64,000 bases of DNA from an uncultured Acidimicrobiaceae bacterium (GTDB lineage: Bacteria > Actinomycetota > Acidimicrobiia > Acidimicrobiales > RAAP-2). Below are positions 29,526 through 36,555 of this stretch, one piece after another. Position 1 is the first letter of the stretch; each line of letters begins with the position of its first letter. The stretch lies in assembly GCA_963781305.1 (NCBI GenBank), contig CAWAFL010000013.1, forward strand, positions 478,948 through 542,947, in the 5' to 3' direction. The notes under the pieces are model-generated. The model worked only from the letters and a program-made list of their open reading frames with translations. It did not search any database and was not told the origin of the DNA. A program made the translations under genes and the position numbers.

Positions 29526-30920
29526 GTGCTGCGCCTTCATGACACTGCCACCGGGGAGGTGTCCGAGCTCAGGCTCCGGACGCCCGGCGAGGTGTCCCTG
29601 TACGTGTGCGGGCCGACGGTGTACGACGCTCCCCACCTCGGCCACGGCCGCATGGCCCTGGTCTTCGACGTGCTCCGCCGCTATCTGCTGTTCCGTGGGC
29701 TCCGGGTCACCTACGTCTCCAACATCACCGACATCGACGACAAGGTCATCGAGCGGGCGTCGGAGCGAGGCGTGGCGACGGACGAGCTGACCGCTCGCTA
29801 CGAGGAGGTCTGGTGGGAGGCGGTCGACGCCCTCGGCGTGCTCCATCCCGACGATGCCCCCCATGCCACTGCCTATGTGGATCGAATGGTGGCAGCCATC
29901 GGCGAGCTGGTGTCCCGGGGCGTGGCCTACGAGACGTCCGACGGGGTCTACCTGTCGGTGGCCGACGTGCCCGGCTACGGACTGCTGGCCCACCAGCCCC
30001 TGGATTCGCTGCGGTCGGGGACCCGGGTGGAGGCCGTGGAGGAGAAGCGGTCCCCTCTCGATTTCGTCTTGTGGAAGAAAGCCAAGCCGGGCGAGCCCAC
30101 ATGGGAATCGCCGTGGGGCCCGGGCCGGCCCGGTTGGCATACCGAGTGCGTGGTCATGTCCCTCGACCTCCTGGGCGATGGCTTCGACGTCCACGGTGGG
30201 GGACTCGACCTCGTCTTCCCCCACCACGAGAACGAGCGGGCCCAGGCCGTGGCCTTGGGTCGCGACTTCGCCCATCACTGGGTGCACAACGGGTGGGTCA
30301 CCGTGGACGGCGAGAAGATGTCGAAGTCCCTCGGCAACTTCACCTCCCTCGACGACTTGCTGGCCCGCAGCGATGCGCGCGCCTACCGGCTCTTGGTCCT
30401 GCGTTCGCACTACCGCTCACCCATTGAGGTGACCCCGGAGACGGTGACCGACGCCGAGGCCGGGCTCAGTCGCTTGGACGAGCTGGCCCGCCAGTGCCGT
30501 CCGGTCGATCCCCTGGCCGATGGGCCGGTGGTCTACGGAAAGGGGTCCGCCCGGGATCTGGATGTCGAGGCAGTCGACCGCTTCTGCGAGCGGATGGACG
30601 ATGACCTCGACACGCCGGGCGCCCTGGGCGGCCTGTTCGAGCTGGTGCGCAGGGCCAACCGGGCATCAGACGCCGGCGACGCCGACACGGCCTCACGGCT
30701 GGCCACCACGGTCGCCGTTCTGTGCGGCTCGTTGGGTCTGGCCCTGCGGACCGGAGAAGATGGCGAAGTGGATGCCGGCACGGCACGGCTGATCGCCGAG
30801 CGGGATGCCGCCAGGTCGGCCCGGGACTGGGCGCGGGCCGACGACCTCCGTGACCAGCTCGTGGGCCTGGGGTGGGTGGTGGAGGACTCGGCCACCGGGA
30901 CCAGGGTTCGGCGCCAGTGA
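29526..30920 (+). CDS. cysS: cysteine--tRNA ligase
   Basis: Motifs CGPTVYDAPHLGHGR (HIGH) and KMSKSLGN. GTG start at 29526. Confidence 0.95.
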   Translation: MLRLHDTATGEVSELRLRTPGEVSLYVCGPTVYDAPHLGHGRMALVFDVLRRYLLFRGLRVTYVSNITDIDDKVIERASERGVATDELTARYEEVWWEAVDALGVLHPDDAPHATAYVDRMVAAIGELVSRGVAYETSDGVYLSVADVPGYGLLAHQPLDSLRSGTRVEAVEEKRSPLDFVLWKKAKPGEPTWESPWGPGRPGWHTECVVMSLDLLGDGFDVHGGGLDLVFPHHENERAQAVALGRDFAHHWVHNGWVTVDGEKMSKSLGNFTSLDDLLARSDARAYRLLVLRSHYRSPIEVTPETVTDAEAGLSRLDELARQCRPVDPLADGPVVYGKGSARDLDVEAVDRFCERMDDDLDTPGALGGLFELVRRANRASDAGDADTASRLATTVAVLCGSLGLALRTGEDGEVDAGTARLIAERDAARSARDWARADDLRDQLVGLGWVVEDSATGTRVRRQ

Positions 30921-31100
30921 ACGGTTGGTGAACGACTGGCGAAAAGTGGGTTGTTCGGGCCAGGGCTGCTAGCGTTTCTCGCCGAGAAGGTCCGAGAAGG
31001 TTCAGCGTCGTCGAGTTGCTCGCAGGTCGGGTGGCATCGCATGGCCCTCCGAGGCGGTCCCTCTCTGCAAGTAACGTTTGCAGGAAAGGGGAATGCCACC

Positions 31101-31310
31101 GTGGCATCCGGAACAGTTAAGTGGTTCAACGCCGAGAAGGGCTTCGGGTTCATCTCGCAGCCCAGTGGCGGACCTGATGTCTTCGTACATCATTCCGCCA
31201 TTCAGATGAACGGCTTCCGAAGCCTTGAAGAAGGTCAGGCGGTCGAGTTCGACGTGCAGGAGGGCCCCAAGGGCCTGCAGGCTGTCGACGTCCGCCCCGC
31301 AGCGGGCTAG
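31101..31310 (+). CDS. cspA: cold-shock protein (CspA family)
   Basis: RNP motifs [15 protein letters not shown] and DVFVHHS. GTG at 31101 is preceded by AGGAAAGGGGA. Confidence 0.9.
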   Translation: MASGTVKWFNAEKGFGFISQPSGGPDVFVHHSAIQMNGFRSLEEGQAVEFDVQEGPKGLQAVDVRPAAG

Positions 31311-31318
31311 CAACATCG

Positions 31319-31351
31319 GGTCCGAACGGGCCATCGGCCCGTATTCGGACC
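31319..31351 (+). terminator. stem-loop immediately downstream of cspA (intrinsic-terminator-like, no U-tract)
   Basis: GGTCCGAACGGGCC-ATC-GGCCCG(TA)TTCGGACC forms a 14-bp GC-rich stem with a 2-nt bulge, starting 9 nt after the stop codon. Confidence 0.5.
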
Positions 31352-31394
31352 ACCGGTCGGCTCCCCGCCCATCGTCGTCACGGCGAACGCGGCG

Positions 31395-32687
31395 GTGAGG
31401 TACCGGTTCCACTCTCGAGATCGTGCAGCGCCGCCGATCGAGTCCCCGGTTGAGGGTGCCCGTCGGCGTGTGCCGCCCGGTTTCGGGATCATCTGGACCA
31501 CCGTCGCTGTCGACCTGGTCGGCTTCGGCATGGTCTTCCCATTGCTCCCGCTCTACGCGAGACGGTTTGGCGCGTCTCCGACCACGATCGGCGTGCTGGT
31601 GGCCTCGTTCTCGGCCGCCCAGTTCGCGCTGGCTCCGGTGTGGGGGCGCCTCTCCGACCGGATCGGCCGCAAGCCCGTCCTCATCCTGTCCCTGGTGGGC
31701 ACGGCGGTGGGCAGTCTGGCCACCGGTCTGGCCGGGAGCATCTGGCTGCTCTTCGTGGCCCGCATCATCGACGGTGGGTCGGGAGGCTCGCTCGGGGTAG
31801 CCCACGCGGCCGCGGCCGACATGGCCGAGCCGGCGGAGCGTCCGCGACTGTTCGGGCTCCTCGGGGCCGCCTTCGGGGTCGGGTTCGTGGCCGGACCGGC
31901 GCTGGCGTCACTCTCCGCGCTCGGGGGAGCCCGCCTTCCGTTCCTGATCGCCGCTGGAATCGCGGCCGCGAACGCCGTCGTCGCCATGATCCGGTTGCCC
32001 GAGACCCATCCCCGATCGGCCAGGCAGCGATCGGCCGCGCAGCGATCGGAGGCGGCGCGTGCCGTTCCCACCGCGGCGAAGACCTCGCAGCGGCGGGTGC
32101 TCATCGCCCTGGGTGTGGCCACGGTGTGCAGCATCAGCGCCTTCAGCGCCTTCGAGGCCGTCTTCGCCCTCTACGCCAACAACCGCGCCTCGCTGGGACT
32201 GTCGGGCACCGGGGGCGTGTTCGCCGTCATCGGAGTGCTCATCGTGGTGGTGCAGACCCAGCTGGTCCACCGCGTCGTGGCCTGGCTGGGCGACGCCGTC
32301 ACGCTGATCGCAGGGTTGGTCATCCAGACCATCGGCCTGGTCCTGCTCCCGACGGCCCACTCGCTGGCCGGGCTGGCCCTGCCCCTGGTGGTGCTGACCG
32401 TCGGGCAAGGTCTGGTCAGCCCGACACTGTCCCTACTGGTGGCCGGGCGCGCCCCCTCGTGGCGGCGGGGCGGGGCCCTCAGCATCCAACAGGGCCTCTC
32501 CAGCCTGGCCCGGGTCATCGGGCCGGCCTTCGGCGGGTGGCTGTTCACGCTGCGGGGCGGCACCGGCGCCTTTCTCGTGGGCGCCGGGGTCACCGTGGTG
32601 GCGGTGGGCGCCTCCGTGCTGGTCGCGGTGGACCGAGGGGGCATGAGCGGGTCTGACCTGGGAAAAGAGGCGGTTGCTGGTAGTTGA
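31395..32687 (+). CDS. MFS transporter (drug/H+ antiporter-like)
   Basis: About 12 hydrophobic segments. MFS motif A-like GRLSDRIGRKPVL. The exact start is uncertain. Confidence 0.85.
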   Translation: MRYRFHSRDRAAPPIESPVEGARRRVPPGFGIIWTTVAVDLVGFGMVFPLLPLYARRFGASPTTIGVLVASFSAAQFALAPVWGRLSDRIGRKPVLILSLVGTAVGSLATGLAGSIWLLFVARIIDGGSGGSLGVAHAAAADMAEPAERPRLFGLLGAAFGVGFVAGPALASLSALGGARLPFLIAAGIAAANAVVAMIRLPETHPRSARQRSAAQRSEAARAVPTAAKTSQRRVLIALGVATVCSISAFSAFEAVFALYANNRASLGLSGTGGVFAVIGVLIVVVQTQLVHRVVAWLGDAVTLIAGLVIQTIGLVLLPTAHSLAGLALPLVVLTVGQGLVSPTLSLLVAGRAPSWRRGGALSIQQGLSSLARVIGPAFGGWLFTLRGGTGAFLVGAGVTVVAVGASVLVAVDRGGMSGSDLGKEAVAGS

Positions 32688-32774
32688 TCCCTCCTAGGGG
32701 TTACTATGCAGTAACAACGGGTAGCACTGTGATGGGCTGCTGTGGTGTGCTCGATGGTGACCACCCGAGAAGAC

Positions 32775-32818
32775 GACGAGGCCCTGCGGGGCCCAAGACG
32801 AGGCCCTGCGGGGCCCAA
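32775..32818. repeat. perfect 22-bp tandem duplication, each copy with a small GC hairpin
   Basis: GACGAGGCCCTGCGGGGCCCAA occurs twice (32775-32796 and 32797-32818). Each copy contains GGCCC-TGCG-GGGCC. It is intergenic between the MFS and acyl-CoA dehydrogenase genes. Confidence 0.9.
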
Positions 32819-32834
32819 ACAGGAAGGGGACGTG

Positions 32835-34049
32835 ATGTCCGACTTCTCCATGGACCTCAACGAGGATCAACTCCAGATCCAAAAGTGGGTTCACGACTTT
32901 GCCGAAACGGTGGTCCGGCCGGCCGGCCACGAGTGGGATGAGCGGGAAGAGACGCCCTGGCCGATCATCGAGGAGGCGGCCAAGGTCGGGCTGTACTCGT
33001 TCGACTTCATCACCCAGTGCTTCCTCGACCCCACCGGCCTCTTGTTGCCCATCGCCAACGAGGAGCTGTCCTGGGGCGACGCCGGCATCGCCCTGTCCAT
33101 CTTCGGTTCGACCCTGGGCCTGGCCGGCATCGCCGGAAACGGGACCCCCGAGCAGTTGGTGGAGTGGGGTCCGCAGTGCTTCGGGACTCCCGACAAGATC
33201 CAGCTGGCCGCCTTCGCCGTGTCGGAGCCGGACGCCGGCTCGGACGTCTCCTCGCTGCGCACGCGGGCCGTCTACGACGAGGCCAAGGACGAATGGGTCA
33301 TCAACGGCACCAAGACGTGGATCACCAACGGCGGCATCGCCGACATCCACGTGGTCGTGGCCTCGATCGATCCCGAGCTCGGTTCGCGGGGGCAGGCCAG
33401 CTTCATCGTGCCCCCCGGTACCGCCGGCCTGACCCAGGGACAGAAGTTCCAGAAGATGGGGATCCGCGCCTCCCACACCGCCGAGGTGGTGCTGGACGAC
33501 GTGCGGGTGCCGGGCCATTGCCTACTGGGCGGGAAGGACAAGCTCGACGAGAAGCTGGCCCGTGCCCGTGAGGGGAAGCGGTCCACCAGCCAAGCGGCCA
33601 TGAAGACCTTCGAGGCCTCGCGTCCCACGGTGGGGGCGCAGGCCCTGGGTATCGCCCGAGCCGCCTACGAGTACTCGCTCGAGTACGCCAAGGAGCGCAA
33701 GGCCTTCGGTCGCGCCATTATCGAGAACCAGGCCATCGCCTTCAAACTGGCCGACATGAAGACCCTGATCGATGCCTCCCGGCTGTTGGTGTGGCGGGCG
33801 GCGTGGATGGGAAGCACCGGCAAGCAGTTCACCGCGGGCGAGGGGTCGATGTCCAAGCTGTTCGCGGGCGAGACCGCGGTGCACGTGACCGAGGAGGCCA
33901 TCCAGATCATGGGCGGCTACGGCTACATCCGGGAGCACCCGGTGGAGCGTTGGCACCGCGACTCGAAGATCTACACCATCTTCGAGGGCACCTCGGAGAT
34001 CCAGCGGCTGATCATCGCCCGGGCCATCTCCGGCGTCCACGTCAACTAG
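32835..34049 (+). CDS. acyl-CoA dehydrogenase
   Basis: ATG at 32835 follows AGGAAGGGGA. Typical ACAD sequence throughout (AFAVSEPDAGSD, TKTWITNGG, YTIFEGTSEIQR). Confidence 0.9.
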   Translation: MSDFSMDLNEDQLQIQKWVHDFAETVVRPAGHEWDEREETPWPIIEEAAKVGLYSFDFITQCFLDPTGLLLPIANEELSWGDAGIALSIFGSTLGLAGIAGNGTPEQLVEWGPQCFGTPDKIQLAAFAVSEPDAGSDVSSLRTRAVYDEAKDEWVINGTKTWITNGGIADIHVVVASIDPELGSRGQASFIVPPGTAGLTQGQKFQKMGIRASHTAEVVLDDVRVPGHCLLGGKDKLDEKLARAREGKRSTSQAAMKTFEASRPTVGAQALGIARAAYEYSLEYAKERKAFGRAIIENQAIAFKLADMKTLIDASRLLVWRAAWMGSTGKQFTAGEGSMSKLFAGETAVHVTEEAIQIMGGYGYIREHPVERWHRDSKIYTIFEGTSEIQRLIIARAISGVHVN

Positions 34050-34082
34050 ACGGGCGTACCGCTCACTGCTGAAACCGCCCTC

Positions 34083-34715
34083 CTACGAGGTGCCGCAGAT
34101 GACGTACGCCTGGACGGACATGGCCATCCCCGCCGGCAGCGGGCCGGTCACCACGCCGACCGCCTTCCAGGCTTTGGCTGTCGCCGGGTAGGAGGAGAAC
34201 AGGGCCACTCCGGTCCCGCTGGTGATGACGGTGCCGGTCGTCGAGCTCGAGGCGGCCGCTTTCGATCCGGCGCCGGGCGCTACATCGGTGATCTGCCCGC
34301 CCCCGCCCAGCAGCACGCGCCCGGTCGGGCAGCTGGCGGTGGCGGTGGTAGTCGTTCCCGTACCCGGGTCGGCGATCGAGCCCACCGCCGTCCCTTCGAC
34401 CACGGTGCTCGATGCAACCCCCGACGCGCCCTTTGTACCGGCCGGCCCGGCCGGGCCGGCCGGTCCCACCGCTCCGGTCGCGCCCCTGGCACCCGCAGCG
34501 CCGGTCGGACCGACCGGGCCTTGGGGTCCCGCCGGCCCGGGGAGCCCCTGCGGACCGGCCGGGCCCACGGGCCCCCGCGTGCCTGTCCCATAGACCGTCT
34601 GAGCTGAGCCCGGGGAGCTGGTCAGCGCCACCCCCAATCCCACGCCCACGCCGGCGACCACGATGCCGGCTATGGCGCCGACGAGGAACTGCTTTCCCGG
34701 ACGAAGCTCTGACAT
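34083..34715 (-). CDS. membrane-anchored collagen-like (G-X-Y repeat) protein
   Basis: N-terminal TM helix ([22 protein letters not shown]), 18 uninterrupted G-X-Y triplets (residues 45-98, nt 34419-34583) and a roughly 110-aa C-terminal domain with 2 Cys. AAGGGG Shine-Dalgarno before the ATG at 34715. Confidence 0.75.
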   Translation of the reverse strand: MSELRPGKQFLVGAIAGIVVAGVGVGLGVALTSSPGSAQTVYGTGTRGPVGPAGPQGLPGPAGPQGPVGPTGAAGARGATGAVGPAGPAGPAGTKGASGVASSTVVEGTAVGSIADPGTGTTTTATASCPTGRVLLGGGGQITDVAPGAGSKAAASSSTTGTVITSGTGVALFSSYPATAKAWKAVGVVTGPLPAGMAMSVQAYVICGTS

Positions 34716-34855
34716 CTGACCGCCCCTTTCGTCACCCCATGGTCAGTGGACGGTGCGTCCACCATGGATGACGTCTCTGTGGTGTAGCAGCCTGACATGT
34801 CGGCAGTGGGGACCCCCAAACGTCGGGTTGCGTGGGGGTGAGGCAAGGGTGGGCT

Positions 34856-35254
34856 CTAGCCGGGGGGCATGAGGATCACGCGCCTCTTCGCGATGCTCCA
34901 CGCCCCGTCGTCTCGGACGAAGTGGTCGTGGTAGCGGCCCATGACCCCGATCTCGTATCTGCTCGAGCCGGCGCTGTCGGCCGGGTCGAGCTTGACGAAG
35001 TCGCTCCTGACCTCCGCGCTCATGCCGTCCTCGCTGACGTCGACGACGCTGTTGGCGCAGAGGTGCTTGCCGCGGTCCTCGCACAGCAGGGCCTCGACGT
35101 TCTCGCCGATGGCGGTTCGGCCCACGAGCACGTGGGAGAGGTATTCGAAGGTGCCGTCCTCGGTGAACAGCTCGGCCCACTCGCCGAAACGCTTGTCGTC
35201 ACGGAGCTGGATGAATTCGGCCAGCACCTGCCTGATGCGTGCTTCATGGTTCAT
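34856..35254 (-). CDS. SnoaL-like / NTF2-fold protein
   Basis: 132-aa ORF with the typical N-terminal helix IRQVLAEFIQLRDDKRFGEWAELFTEDG. Confidence 0.7.
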   Translation of the reverse strand: MNHEARIRQVLAEFIQLRDDKRFGEWAELFTEDGTFEYLSHVLVGRTAIGENVEALLCEDRGKHLCANSVVDVSEDGMSAEVRSDFVKLDPADSAGSSRYEIGVMGRYHDHFVRDDGAWSIAKRRVILMPPG

Positions 35255-35406
35255 GCCGTCCCCCCTGGAACGCTCGCAGTCCTCGGGCGCGGGTCACGGC
35301 CAGAACAGGGCCGGCACCCCGGCAATAGTCTGTAGGGCCGGCGAGGTCGGTGCCGGCAGTCCTTGAGAACGGGCTCGTCAAAGGGCCGCTGGAAGAGGGG
35401 GAGCAA

Positions 35407-35739
35407 ATGGGAGAAGCCGAGCGACCGGCGGTGCTCATCGTGACCGTCGAGGTTGCCGAGGAGGATGTCGAGGAGCTGAACCGTTGGTACGAGGAGGAGC
35501 ACCGCCCGGAGAAGCTCTCGCTCGCCGGCTATCGGAGCCTGCGCCGTTACCGAGCGGCCGACGGCTCGCCCACGTTCCTCGCCGTCTACGAGCTGGACCA
35601 TCCCGGTGTTGCTGCGGTGTCGGGCGGGAGTCACACCGAGATGTCGGAGTGGATGAAGGCGGTCATGGCGAAGTGGAAGCGTTGGGACCGGGCCGTATGG
35701 ACCGAGCTGGCACCGGCCGGTGACGTCGGGTCGAGGTAG
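35407..35739 (+). CDS. hypothetical protein (small alpha+beta barrel-like, EthD/DUF4286-like)
   Basis: ATG at 35407 follows GGGGGAG. Motifs VEELNRWYEEEHRPE...FLAVYEL. Confidence 0.55.
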   Translation: MGEAERPAVLIVTVEVAEEDVEELNRWYEEEHRPEKLSLAGYRSLRRYRAADGSPTFLAVYELDHPGVAAVSGGSHTEMSEWMKAVMAKWKRWDRAVWTELAPAGDVGSR

Positions 35740-35751
35740 AGGGCCTTTCCG

Positions 35752-36555
35752 ATGGACGTGCTGGGCCTCCAGGGGAAGGTCGCCGTGGTCACCGGCGGTG
35801 GCGGGAACATCGGCGCAGCCACCGTTCGCATGCTCGGTCAGGTCGGCGCCCGTGTTGTCGCTGTCGACTCCGACGGAGGAGCGGCGGAACAAGCGGCTCG
35901 GGTTGCCCGTGACGAGGGCGCCGACGCCATCGCCGTTCAGAGCGATGTCCGTCATGTCGACGACATCGAGCGCATGGTCGCTACCGCACTCGATCGCTGG
36001 GACCGCCTCGACGTCGGCGTGAACGTCGTCGGCGGTGGCACAGGCATGGGCAAGAGCACCCTCGAGTTGGGTGATGACGAATGGGAAGACTCGATCGAGA
36101 CGAACCTGTACACCGCGGTTCGCTGCTCGCGGGTGTTCGCACGAGCGATGCTCGACCGGAACCGTGCCGGTTCGATCGTGAACATCGCTTCCCCGGCCGG
36201 ATTGCGAGCTGCCCCCGCCATGGTTGCCTACGGTGCGTCCAAAGCAGCACTCATCAACTTCACGTGGACACTGGCTGTGGAGCTTGCACCTCAGGGCATC
36301 CGCGTCAACGTCGTCGTGCCCGCATTCGTATCCCGACCCGGGATGTCCTGGGGTGGCACAGAAGCGGAACAAGCCGCGTTGGCCAAGCGCACGGTGCCCA
36401 TGGGCCGTGTCACCAGGGCCGAAGATGTCGCCGGCGCAATCGTCGCCTTCGCCTCCGACCTCACCAGCTTCTCGACCGGACAGATGATCGTGTGCGACGG
36501 CGGCCGGCTGCTCACCAATCCCATCAATACCGGGTCGACGCCCGACCCCGCCTAG
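35752..36555 (+). CDS. SDR family oxidoreductase
   Basis: Cofactor motif TGGGGNIG and catalytic YGASK. Confidence 0.9.
   Translation: MDVLGLQGKVAVVTGGGGNIGAATVRMLGQVGARVVAVDSDGGAAEQAARVARDEGADAIAVQSDVRHVDDIERMVATALDRWDRLDVGVNVVGGGTGMGKSTLELGDDEWEDSIETNLYTAVRCSRVFARAMLDRNRAGSIVNIASPAGLRAAPAMVAYGASKAALINFTWTLAVELAPQGIRVNVVVPAFVSRPGMSWGGTEAEQAALAKRTVPMGRVTRAEDVAGAIVAFASDLTSFSTGQMIVCDGGRLLTNPINTGSTPDPA

Noticed and set aside
29505-30410. The N-terminal 302 codons of the 816-aa minus-strand ORF containing valS.
   Set aside because: This part is antisense to cysS. ValS similarity starts at ATG 29504.
36552-36555. Convergent SDR and YfhO-like genes sharing a CTAG at their stop codons.
   Set aside because: This is real but trivial: TAG on both strands of a palindrome. 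It is just tight packing with no functional implication that I can support.
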